A DNA stretch of 63,493 nucleotides, counting the filler, from Choristocarpus tenellus KU-1152 (taxonomy: Eukaryota; Protista; Phaeophyceae), in assembly GCA_964200185.2 (NCBI GenBank). It is 12 parts of 12 records of this genome, joined end to end, with 100 filler letters (N's around TTAATTAATTAA, not from the genome) between each part and the next. Parts side by side here need not be neighbours in the genome. Positions count along the whole stretch, not along the records: positions 23,284 to 26,762 come from CAXNAD020019751.1; positions 26,863 to 29,712 come from CAXNAD020024211.1; positions 29,813 to 32,834 come from CAXNAD020022872.1; positions 32,935 to 42,500 come from CAXNAD020003572.1; 8 more parts are not named here. One strand, written 5' to 3'. The position numbers were made by a program, and so were the translations under genes. Below are positions 23,355-35,831 of this stretch, piece by piece. Below the pieces are notes generated by a model, which saw only the letters and a list, made by a program, of their open reading frames with translations, had not been told where the DNA came from and searched no databases. Within the stretch, counting starts at the first letter, position 1; each line of letters begins with the position of its first letter.

Positions 23355-26300
23355 ATTGGCAGGGTTGGTTGTGCATTTTAATGCACTCGAATTTACACAT
23401 CGTCACTATTCTTCGGAATTGTGTCAAATTAATGGATGAAGCACCAGACGTTCAAATATACCCGTCTAACCTTCTGTCCATAATGCTCACATATGCATGC
23501 ATATACGGACACAAAAAAATCCCGCAATACATGTGGGAAGAATTTTAAGCACTTCTGGGCCTGCCTAGTAGTGTTAACTCATTCAGCACTCTCGCTTTGA
23601 CGTTCGAGAATCTCGGTATTTCTGCCCCTGATCAGGTCATTGTTCCCCAGCGTTGACAAGGGTAATAGCGGTTTTGGCGGTTCCGAGATTGTATTTGGTT
23701 TACATTCGTACCCTCCCCTCCTCACATTTGAACAAGTGTTTCTGGTGCATCTCGCTTTGGATTTCCAGACTGTCTTCTACTGCTCATCCCTGCAATCAAC
23801 CTGTGTGTTCTACAACAACTACAAAACATCTTCCACTTCATGGGCAACACTACTTCAACTACATACACACAGAGGCAAAGGATGGCCTTACACACACAAG
23901 AGAACACACTGAGTAATCCCATCTCACTCAATCAAACAATTCAACAATCTCAAACCATTCTATTCAATACACAGGTCCAGCATGGAGAAGATACATTCAC
24001 AACAATTCTACATCCCCAGTTGGTGTATCACATAGCAGATCATGGAATTATATCCTACCTAATCTCTCACTCTATATATATGTTACTTCCATTTCAAAGG
24101 AGAGCCACTCCACTACTTGTTATAGTCTTACTCAGGTACATTATCTGAGGACTGAAGTGACATGTTGGAAGTAGTAGTAGTAGAAATTATAGGAACTTTC
24201 GTTATTTGCTCTTGTCTTACCCCCATTTGAAATGCCTCCACCTGCATTTGCGATCAGTCCATTTCTACTTAGGTAGTCTCATGTTTTCAACTCTAGATCC
24301 TAGACTATACTTCATATTGACTTACATGTTGGTGTCTGATTTGATATATTTGTTACCCCTTCAGATACGACATACCCACCTCCATGCAGACCAACCATCT
24401 CAACTTGTTTTTTATTTAAAGAGAAAATATCAGGGCAAAGTCTTTGCAAAGAAAACTCAACAGTTGAACTAAGAGATAAGATACAAGTTACTGTTCTGAA
24501 AATTAATCTGTATTCACTCTTTCTTGGAATCATCGGATTATGATTGTGTGTCGTAACGATGGACGTTCATTTGGTTAAGGTAATCACATTCGGGAACTGT
24601 ATTGCCATTGCAGCGAAAATGCTCAAGCGTTTTTCCTTGCGTGTTTCCCTGTTGCTGAAAACACCTTGCCGCCCAAATGCAGAATTCGGAAAACAGGTCA
24701 GGAACGGTACACTTACCCTGCAAGAACGTAAGGATGGAAGCACAACAATGGAAGCATCTCAGAGTCGCTGATAAGGGACCCTATTTTGGTCGAAATGTTT
24801 AAAGGTGGGCATTTTCTCGACAATCGCACTGTTGCAGATGTTGTCACCAATACAACAAAATAAAAATAGAAGGTAAAGAACACGGCAAACACGATCAACA
24901 AGTGTTTGCTGAACAGCCGTAGAGCCAGTATTTCGACAGTAAAGCCCTTCTGAGACATCTAGAAGATCCGTGGTGTCTTTGGAAAGAAGAAAAAAATAAA
25001 CCCACCAAGACTGTTAGTACTCTACTTCGTATAGAATGCCTGAAGTTCTCCTTAACTGGTATTATAAATGCGGTCTTGAAACAGGTGAAGAGTCCCCCAC
25101 GAATCCCTCATGCTCCGTCTAGCCTACCAACCCCTTGCCGTCTGTTTGAAGCGTGTGACACGCCTGGAGACTGCTATTTGTACAGTAGTGACTGACACAA
25201 CAACCATCTGTTACAAGTATTCCTTCACTCCTCCCTACAAAAGCCCTCAGCCCTCCTACCACCCATTACCCAAGTTACCGGCTCATCCAGCAAATGCTCT
25301 CTCAGCCTGTGTGCCTGGACTAAAGCTATCCACTGTGGGAGGGTTGAGTACAAAGCTATCATGATACACTAAAATATACCACGCACATAGTGTACTATTA
25401 TTGTGCCCACCCACAATTTGCAGATGGATTAGAACTTGTCATGAAGGAACAAGAAATATACTTAGATATTCTAAGGCATACATAAGACTACTCTTGTTGC
25501 TAATCATAGCGATTTGATTAAATCTTGATAACTTATCACACCCACATATTTAGGATTTATTTCGTTATTTTTGTAGAGGTGAGTACCGTGAGCAGTGTGC
25601 GCCGACCTCAGCAATTTGTGCATCTCCATATTCTTACCCTGCATACATACATGCTTTCAATAGTAATGTAGTACATTCGATTTTCCGCCCGATTTTACTT
25701 ACACTTACATATGCTTTCAATTCATAAAAAAAAAATCTGTGTAGAACAGAGTACAATAATTGTACATATCCGACTAACAGAGTTCAAATGCAAAACAGTC
25801 AAAGCCTGGGTACCTCTCCTCATTCGAGTTCATTTAGATTGAGAGACTGCCCATAGCCTGTAAGCGTCAAACAATTCTTCTTGGCAGTGGCATGCATTGG
25901 AGACCCTGGATGAATCTTAAAACTCGAGACACATTTTGTTAACCAAAGCGACGTTCAGGAGAACAACAGCCAAGGCGGCGAAGCAGCCTACAAGAGGTGT
26001 GTCAGGAATGTTCATAACTCTATGTGTATAATGTGTCCCCTCTACCACACGCCTTCCATCTACATGTGAGCAACAAAAAGGCAAAAAAAACCCAGCCAGC
26101 GGAAACCCACAGGTACAACAGAGAACCCCAGAGCGGTCCTGGATCTCTCCAGGATATTGTTGAGACCTACTCTATTTTGAGGTCCGATCTCAACAAACAG
26201 AGGATTTTCATAGAGACCACACAGCACCAAGTGGCAGTAGAGTAGCTTGCTCTGGGATTCTGAATCGGAAGTATGCGTGAGTGAAAGGTAGCTCAATTTT

Positions 26301-27046
26301 TTTTCAATGCACTCGATTCGAATAAGGCGGAGGTGCATGAAGAACCACCGTCGTGCAGTGTGTAGATACTGTGTCAAGATTCGTCAATGGAACAACACAT
26401 ATGAGAAGCCTAAAAAAAAGTAGAAACAAATCCTTTCATACACTCAGCTCTAATTAATTGATCGCTGCAAGTCACACTACATTGGTAGGTACAAACGGTT
26501 CGCTTTTTCACAGTATCACCCGTAGTCTTAGCTGAAAGAAAAAATAGGGCAGATGAAATTGTGGGAATAGACTTATAGCTAGGCGGTGTGTCGGGGGGCG
26601 GGCGGGCAGGGGGGGCGGGGAAATTGTGCATACTGCAAAGCAATATATGGGAGTAAAAAGAAAAACCAGGAAAACGACAGTTGCAATGTTAAAGAAACTG
26701 GTGTTCCCAAGACTTGTGTGTGTAAATAACTCGATTATTTTCTCATTATGTAGAACAGAGATNNNNNNNNNNNNNNNNNNNNNNNNNNNNNNNNNNNNNN
26801 NNNNNNTTAATTAATTAANNNNNNNNNNNNNNNNNNNNNNNNNNNNNNNNNNNNNNNNNNNNCCCCACCCCACCCCCCCACCCCCACTGGATACTGCATG
26901 GGATATGGTGTCTTGGCCTTGCTCCAATGACCAAACTGTGATCAATGGATACGAAATAAAAATGTGACTGTGAATGGATGGATGGATGGATGGGTGGATG
27001 GATGGGTGGATGGATGGGTGGTCCGATCGCTCATTTCTTGGCGTAG

Positions 27047-27801
27047 CCCCGCATATCCCACCGTGCTATGTATGATGCATGTGCTTCCTGGTGGACCCAG
27101 GGTGTGGGCCACGGCAACCCTGGATTGGCGCTAGCATTGGCGGAGGCAGCGGGACGCTATGGCCACATAATTTTCCCGCTCAATGTGCATGCCCCAGCGC
27201 TTCAGGCAAGGGAGCACTGCGTGTGCAGTTGTTTTGGTGTTTGTTTGGTAGAGTCAGCAGTGGGGGGGAGGGGGGATGAGCAGATGATGGGGGATCGGCA
27301 CCTGGTTGTGTGCAGGAGGAGTTTTTTTGTTTGCGTGTCTAGTGTCTAGTGTCTAGTGCCTAGTGGTAACCGGGAAATCAGATCTGAAGGGATGGTGCTT
27401 GAGTTGGGTAGAGAGGATCTGCCTCTACTACCGCCTTTCGAGGATTGTGCAGCATGATTGTGCATGTATTGTTGCAGCTGAGGATTACTACTTACCCGTG
27501 ATTATTATTATTATTATTATTATTATTGTTGTTGTTGTTTGCTTCGCTTTAGTCTGGGGACTATCCCGACGGGAGGTCAAAGGCACTAAGCCCTGCACTG
27601 CTTCTCATACTACGTTTGACTGACTGATGCGCAACGACTAATGTACTATATTGCCTCTGTTTCTGCCTTGCTTCTCGTGCGCTGGGTTCAGCAATCCCAC
27701 TACTTTTCGCCTCCGCCTCCACCCTCATATCATGTGCTCTCGACTTGATTCCACCACGATACATATATACATACATACATATATATATATACATACATAC
27801 A

Positions 27802-27853
<52 letters not shown>

Positions 27854-29573
27854 TGGTCTTATATTTTTTGTGGTTTTTGGTACAACAACAGATAGGATAG
27901 TCCAGGTGTTCAGTTCAATCGGTTGTGCTTGGCTACAAGGACTGGAAAAACAAAAAATAGATTTTTCTGTGAAAAACAAGTGTGCCGTCAGTGGGGTTTG
28001 AACCTGCAAGATTTTGTGCAGGAATCAACGTCCTTGCTCACTGAGTTCGGAGGATGCCAGGGTATAACTCACTTCTGTATTCCTAGAGCCACTATTGCTC
28101 CTGAGATCACAGAAGAAAGAGTAGGGTCCAGATCTACAAGGCTTTCGTAGGAATTTGTTTTCATCCATGATGAGGTTTTAAGTATACAGTTCTACTAGAC
28201 TTTAAGCTTAGTGTAGGCTATCCTACTTTGAGCTTAGTATAGACTATCAGTGCTACAAAGCAACGGCTCTTTAGTACTGCAGTTTAAGGGTCAAGCTGGT
28301 AGGAAAATTGTTGTGGAGTGGTATTCAAGCGCTGAAAAAAGAGAGGGCATCAGAGACTATGGGCAGGTCGATGGGCTGTCACTCATGATGTTCTAAAGAG
28401 TATTGTGTGTCTCAGGAATGAGAACTGACAAATGAGGGGTTTGGGTGGGAGATGTGGAATTCATGCACACCCTGATGCCCTAAATAGTACCCCCTGGAAC
28501 ATAAGACAAACCTTGGAGTGTCAAGAAACACATTGTAGTTCATGGAGGGTAGGTAGGTCCTAAGGTAAATTGCAGTCAAACAAGACCCCCCTTACCCCCC
28601 TTCCCCTCCCCTTCCTTCCCATGCATCTTAGCTGATGCTCACTCCATTGCCATCTGTCAATACCTCTGTTCACACACACACCCTTCCCCTCCCCCTGTGT
28701 ACACATTGGTCGTCTTCGCTAAGTTTTTCCTAACCCTAACCCATATTTATCTCCTCATCCGTTGATCTCCGCTCCACAAGTGTCTTTAAACATGAACCAT
28801 TATTCATTGTCACACATTGTCACACACACACACATAGGCACATAAGCACATACATCATTCCAAGCTCCTGACTCCTATCGTAACACCAGAGTGCTTTCGA
28901 AGGCTCCCACTTGCCCAGCCTGTAACTTCCCCTCCCAAAGATGTTGAAACCTTGCCTGTGAAACCCTAACTGTCCGACTCTAAAGCTTTTTGCCGAAGTG
29001 TCCCACCTTTCCCGCATGCATCGGACTGACTGCCAATATTTAAATACTACCTTGTCACAGATTTCAGATTGACACTGTTGAAAATGCCTTTTTGATTGTA
29101 TATATTTGATGGGTTTCCACACCCGCGTGGACATGTTGCTAGTGAGCAAGGCCCTCAATTGTACCCCAACTGTCCTGCGAGCTGACTTGCTGGCTCATCC
29201 ATATTGCCAGCTTTTGAAAAGAAAAAAACATTTTTTCCCATTGACCTCAACCGCCTTCCGTGTTGCTGGAACAACCCCCCTGACCCGCCGTCTTGCCCCA
29301 CCTGACCCCATCCCCCCCTCATATTGCCTGCCTGCTCCTCACTATTATCATTTTCCTACACTTCCAATGCATGTATGTATTTGTATATATGTACTATGTA
29401 TGTATGTTTTTGTGTGTATTATGTATGATGTATGTGTATGTGTATGGCAAATGAACGCAGCTGGCAGAGAAGCTGGTCAGTAGGACAGGTCCAGGGAATG
29501 GTTGGGCGTCCAGGGTATTCTACACCGACAATGGATCTACAGCAACGGAAGTGGCTATCAAAATGGGTTTCAG
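27047..29573 (+). CDS. BIO3-BIO1: 7,8-diaminopelargonic acid aminotransferase domain (BIO1 / bifunctional BIO3-BIO1 type), two internal exons
   Basis: Exon 27047-27205 [46 protein letters not shown] and exon 29461-29573 [48 protein letters not shown] and GWASRVF..DNGSTA.E.A.KM.FR are plant/fungal-type BIO3-BIO1 signatures. The intron is GC-AG. Confidence 0.92.
27761..27850. repeat. (ATAC)n/(AT)n microsatellite in intron
   Basis: Directly visible. Other microsatellites: (GGAT)n ~26974-27020, (GGGGCA)n 32943-32987, many (ATT)n runs. Confidence 0.9.
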
Positions 29574-32225
29574 GTGATTGTCATCATTGCGGAACAGAGC
29601 GTGGCCTTCTAAATTGCACAAGGCCTTGTTTGGGGAGGGGGGGGGGGGGGGGGGAAAGAAAGGGGGATTAAAAAAGAGGGGGAGGGGGGGGGGGGGGGGA
29701 GAAGGAGGGAATNNNNNNNNNNNNNNNNNNNNNNNNNNNNNNNNNNNNNNNNNNNNTTAATTAATTAANNNNNNNNNNNNNNNNNNNNNNNNNNNNNNNN
29801 NNNNNNNNNNNNCTTCATTCTTAAATTGTTTCTTCTACAGAATCTTCTTTTACACATGAATAAAAAGTATATTCTTAACATCCCCCATCCAACTCCTTCA
29901 CCCAATTCTATTCTACCGACAAGAACAGTTAAAGGAACTACCTGTTGCAGTAGATGAGCAGCTCAGTCATATTTGAGCGTTGTCACCAAACCTCCACATG
30001 TTTTGTGGGAATGTGGATGTTGTACCGTTTGCTGACAGATGGACCCTACAGTAAGGCGAACCTCTAAGAGAATCTGGGGTCAACGGTTAGTAACAACAGT
30101 TGTATCATGCACTTTTCAATGCAGTAAGGCAATAGAATATACTACCTCCCCCCATTCCACCTGAACAATACTTCGAGTCTTGAAGAGGCAGAATAATCTT
30201 GGTGTAATACACTGTTGTGTGGGGCGCAGGAGTACAAAGGGGTTTGGTGCTCGTACACTCTTCTTCTGCTGGAAGGGACTCGAAACATGAGAAGATGGAA
30301 TCATTTTCGGGGTTGAAACAGGTAAAGCATCCCCTAAGAACCTCGCTGTGCTGGGTTGATGAGTAAAATGCAGTCCTGGCCTTGTTTGGCAAACCAATGT
30401 CTCCACTCCACGTTCTCCCATATTGTGAAAATTGTGTAATACATAATTGTGAAGTAGAGTGGAGGTTTTTTATTTAATCGTAGAAAGAGCAACTTTTTTT
30501 ACTTTTTGGGGTAGGATGGAATGTTGGTCGTTCTTTTTTTGTGTGCGCTTCATACAGACCTCCAATTATATGCATAGGTATCCTCAAACAAAATGACCGA
30601 ATTGTTTTTCTGTAAGGCAGTTTCTTAAATAATGAGGCGTCTTCTTCTGAGAGGGTGGGAAATTTCTGGTTTCGGCTATCTCAGAAATATCTCCCAAGCC
30701 ATTGTCGTATCTTTATTTTTTTAATTTTACCTATTGTAGGGAGGCATCTTAGCATCAATAACTCTTGTATCCACATTAGTTGTTGTCATATAGGTTTGGT
30801 CTCTATTCCCTTCCCCCATCCCCCTGACACGCTTGGAAATTAGCAGTCGCCAAAGCAGTACGGCATTATGTATTCACCCCATACGGTATTAACCCGCTTA
30901 TACCACGAACAGTTTATTTTCTTAGTCATACCACATTTCTAATTAACCCGAAAATCGATGTAACACTGCTGAGAGTGGGTAGTGTTGTTGTCGCCTAAAT
31001 CACACAATGGTGAGCTCCAAAATATCTTCACTTTTGCATTGGCATACCTGCACCTCCACATTTGTTTAGGAGGGGTGCTTACCTCACCTTGCACACACTG
31101 AAAAGGTTAGTATTCTCTGAGGAGGATATAATTTGCTCGCACTGTCTGCGACCAATGTTCATTGTCACCAATCTGGTACTGGTTGCCCCTTTGCTTGCAC
31201 TCATTGTTCCCAGGGCCATGAGGCCCTTATCAAGTTAGCAGAAATGGGGATTTGTAGACAATAGTGTCCGCAAAAACTCTTTTTTTTTGCAACCTACTGC
31301 CCAGGACTCTAAATGGACAACGTGATGTTGTCATTCAAGGTATTATATATATGAGGTGCAGGGACCAAGTACACAAGAGGATGTCGTTGCAAGGGATACG
31401 CAGGAGTGAAAGGAGGAGCAACAGAGTGTGGACCCTGCAGCTCCCACCACTAACCAATGATTTCCCACACATAGGGAGGTGCAACAAAGGGAATTTTTAA
31501 CTCCAATCTCCATGTGCCCTCATATTGCGATAACATACTTACACTGTCTTTCCACCCGTCTACAGAACTGCATGCGGGCTCGGACGAACATGCTGCAACA
31601 ATCTTGTTGAGCAACAATCCTCCTGTTGAGTACTTGTGTGTCTTGCAACAACCACGATGGGCTAATGCCAACCTTCCGAGATCAAAATAGGGTACTATAG
31701 AATATTTATGCCACAGAGCAACAATCGCCCCACTCCCAGCAACACCCCTACACTGCCTTATCGTATATCCTCCTGTAACCGTATTTGGATGGATATCCAT
31801 TTGCGCTGGTCCTACGATCTATGAATAGGTTATGTATGAGGAAGTGATAGAAGGTTTGAGTCCTGAAGATCAACCCCCCAATCAAGCTTCGGCAAGAGAT
31901 ATCCACACGATGGTGACTACTTCCATTGTGTAAACATGGAGGTAATTTCAGGCCTTAGTCTTTGTCCTGTTCATCCTAGAAAATCTCTGCTCACTTCTTT
32001 CGTCAGGGTCATGTACACCTTGACCATCTTCTACGAGTTTTCAACAGTGACTTTTCATCACAAACTGCACGACAACAGGCCACAAACATTTTTGCAAGTT
32101 CGTTGCTCTTGCGCTTGCACTCTTCCTCTTATGATGCTTCCGATCTGGTCTGTCAGTTAACGAGCTCTTCTAGCTTCTCCTTGTGTACCTGCTCTACACC
32201 ACGCTCAGACTCAGGTGTTGGGTAG

Positions 32226-32458
32226 GAGCCAAAGTATCTTAGAGGGTAGACCCCTGTCTATTTGGGGGTCACAATCCAATGTTGCGATTTTGATACAATT
32301 TTGTCTATCATTTTTGTTAGGAAGTGTCAATATCCTTGTTCCGGACGCAACTTTTCATAACGTACACATTTTACCGGAGTATGAAAATGTCAGAAAAAAA
32401 CACATGGGAAGCCAATCCCCAAACGGACAAAGAGGGCAAAACTCGTACCCTTTCACTC
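32226..32458. mobile_element. MITE family B2, full length, GAG...CTC termini, 4-bp TSD GTAG
   Basis: gtag|gagccaaagtatcttagagggta ... ctcgtaccctttcactc|gtag. Collinear with the copy at 33945-34421. The right TIR carries an internal deletion. Confidence 0.85.
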
Positions 32459-32766
32459 GTAGGGTGCAGTTCTAACACTAAGCAAGAGCTTGCAAACATC
32501 ACATCTTCGAAGCACACCCTGCAAGGCATAGCTCGCTCCACCCCATTTAAAAACGAGGAGCCCTTCCTTGTGTAACATTTGGTAGAAACTCTGAGTGCTC
32601 TGCAGCGTTATGATCAGCAAGCACCCGAATATCCTCTGCACTAAAGCCACTAGCGTCTTCCTCCAAGGATGGAAAGGGGAGGGACTATAGCACTAATGTT
32701 GCAGTGAGGAGCTTGGCCTCAACGAACAGATCATAACGATCACCTTCCCTACAAAAGCCACATAGA

Positions 32767-32834
32767 GACTCAAAGTATCTGGGAGGGGGTGGCGGCTGTC
32801 CATTTGTGGTCAATTTTTGTATGTCGCGATTTTT
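32767..32834. mobile_element. MITE family B1, truncated at contig end
   Basis: gactcaaagtatctgggagggggtggcggctgtccatttgtggtcaatttttgtatgtcgcgattttt. Confidence 0.8.
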
Positions 32835-33944
32835 NNNNNNNNNNNNNNNNNNNNNNNNNNNNNNNNNNNNNNNNNNNNTTAATTAATTAANNNNNNNNNN
32901 NNNNNNNNNNNNNNNNNNNNNNNNNNNNNNNNNNGTGCAAATGGGGGCAGGGGCAGGGGCAGGGGCAGGGGCAGGGGCAGGGGCAGGCGGGGGAGTGGGT
33001 GGGGGCTCTTGAGGAGTGGCCTTGTAGCAGACGATAGGGAAAGGGTGGGGGGAGGGCATGTGAGGATCTTTGTAGGATCAGATTGTTAGGTCAAAGTAAG
33101 TGAGAGAGAGGTGCTGCTGAGTTTTAAGGACTCTCTGACTTTACAGTGACGGCTGTGTTTGGAGTGTACAGTCCATAATGCCTGTGGAGTGGAGTGGAGT
33201 GGAGTACATGTCTTGTACACTAATGACTGTTTTTGACTGTTTTTGACTGTTTTATGCGGCCATTTCTTGTATGGAATATGTACATGATGTATGGAAATTT
33301 GGTTTGTGAAAATGACATATATGGACATGAGATGTCCTTTTTTGTCACTGTGCACGTTGCCAATTTGATACTGCTTTATTCTTGATTTGACATGGTAGAG
33401 CAAGTACCTAGACATGGGTTGTGGTATAGTGGCTGCTGTATCAAACTTGTGACTCAAAAGACGCATTTTCATTTTTTTGGTGGATACACACCATAGAGCC
33501 CAAGATATACAGTGAAAATTTATGGAGGAAGGTCGTTATATTGTTAAGAGTTTGGTGTACATAGCTCTGTGGTGAAATAACCTCAAAATATAAAAATATA
33601 TATTTTAAACTTGACAGTTTTGATATTGTAAGCATTGGTGACACATGTAGGTACTCATTTTTTTTGTTATGTCACATCCAAAGTAAGTAAATAAGTAAGT
33701 AGAATTGGGTACTAATAGTCCAAGAAAAGATGCACTGTATGTGTTGGTATGTATGTTGGTAACATTATGTGTAAGGCATGGTGTGGATGTTCAGTTTGCA
33801 GAAGGAAGTTATCCTGATTGACACCATTGTTAAATTAAAAAAAAAATGAAAATGAAATAGTAAAGCACCCAAAACATACTTGTTCAAATGAAAATATATG
33901 TATGTGTGTATGTACGTGTATGTGCATAAATGCTTGTTACTAAT

Positions 33945-34421
33945 GAGCTAAAGTATCTTAGAGGGTAGAGCCGTGTCCATTTGGGGACCAAAATCCAATG
34001 TTGTGATTTTGATGTAATTTTGGCTGTTGTGTTTGTTAGCAAGTGTCAATATCCTTGTTCCGGACACACCTTTTCATAATGTATAAATTTTACATACTGT
34101 ATACATTTTACATACTACTGTATAAATTTTACATACTAATGTATAAATTTTACATACTACTGTATAAATTTTACATACTAATGTATAAATTTTACATACT
34201 ACTGTATAAATTTTACATACTACTGTATAAATTTTACATACTACTGTATAAATTTTACATACTAATGTATAAATTTTACATACTACTGTATAAATTTTAG
34301 ATACTTCGAAATATCGAAACATTTTTGAGTCGGAATATGTCATAAAAAAAACCCCATGGGAAGCCAAGCCCCAAATTGACCAACAGGTTAAGACTTGTAC
34401 CCTCTTAAGATACTTTCACTC
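33945..34421. mobile_element. MITE family B2, full length, with internal 21-bp minisatellite expansion
   Basis: TIRs gagctaaagtatcttagagggta / taccctcttaagatactttcactc. About 11 copies of (a/c)tgtataaattttacatacta at ~34079-34305. Confidence 0.88.
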
Positions 34422-34549
34422 AATATTAGTACTACTGTTATCTTCATGAACACACACATGATCACACACAACACACACATGATCACACACAACACACACA
34501 TGATCCCTCACCACAACTAACCGGTTGCCAACAAATATACACTTGGCAG

Positions 34550-34694
34550 GACCTGGACCTGAGTTGGAAGGATGTTGTGCGACCTATCATGCAGTACTTC
34601 ACAGAGAGGACTCCAGGAACGTACATTGAGAACAAAGAGTCAAGGTCAGACATCTCCCTACACCCCTTTGCTCTCCACCTCTAACCCTTGACCC

Positions 34695-34734
<40 letters not shown>

Positions 34735-35795
34735 GTAAGAATACTGAAAGTGCAACAAATTGGATCAAATTCACCATCTGTCACTATGCGGAGTCTGGTA
34801 TGGAGATCAAATATATATATTTTTCTCTAATCGCTGTTGTGTTTCATGCTCTGTTGGATCACAAACTTATTTTATAACGCCTCTAACGCTTGGCTTGTTT
34901 GTTAGTTGTGTGTTGTGAATGTGTTATGTTAGTTTATTCCACTCTCCCCTTGTTCCCCTTGTTTCCTGTTATTGTTGTTATTGTTGTTACTGTTATTATT
35001 ATTATTGTTATTGTTATTGTTTTTATGTGACAGTCTCACTTGGCACTACCGAGATGCAGACCCTCACTTTGGTCTGTGGCAGGCTAAGGACATGCAGATA
35101 AACATGGAGGATGTACTAAGTAATCTTCCTCTTGAGATTCTACAGGGGAATCGAATGCTGGAAGTGCGCCACCAGGCAAGTGTCTTCAGCAAGTGTCTTC
35201 AGGAGATGTGGATTGATAAATTGACACTGGTGTTGGGGGTGGTGTGCGTTTGATAAATGGGGGAGGGGGTTTCATGTGGCACTCACCCTCACCCTTTGCT
35301 GTGTTGGACAATTTCTCCTTTCTGCCTGTGAAAAATCACATATTTTTATTTGTTGTAGGTACAGTTAGTAGTGTTGTAATGTACATATATTTTACTTTTA
35401 GCAGCATTGTATACTATTTATGTAACTACTAAGATAATGAAAAATAATACAAAAGAGAAAATTGCTCAAGTGACACGTCTCCCCCCCCCCCCCCCTTCCA
35501 TTCCGTTTTGTGCCACCCATAACCCTAACACTTTATCCTAATAGGCAGCAAACAAGAGTATGGTGGCGGAGGCAGTGCTGAAACTGCTGTCTACTTCACA
35601 GTCAGTACGGGAGAGGGGAGAGGTAGATTTTATATTGTGTGTGGGGGATGACAGGAGCGATGAGGACATGTTCCAGACTGTCAAGAGGTTCAGAGATCTT
35701 GCAAGGGAGTCCCAGACACCCATCTTCTCTCCTCATGGAGGGGAAGAGCCAGTGAGTTGGTTCAGTCTTGTGCATTGGTTATATATTATTGTTAC

Positions 35796-35831
<36 letters not shown>

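Noticed and set aside
24538-26377. Possible exons on contig 4
   Set aside because: Several splice-like sites, but no frame-consistent model or recognisable motif.
31450-32200. Minus-strand ORF 31450-31800 and upstream charged fragments
   Set aside because: Multiple stops and no recognisable domain. At best unassignable decayed sequence.
34043-34367. Repeat-protein ORFs (LYKFYIL)n and (CKIYTVV)n, or a CRISPR-like array
   Set aside because: Translation of a spacer-less 21-bp tandem repeat inside a MITE.
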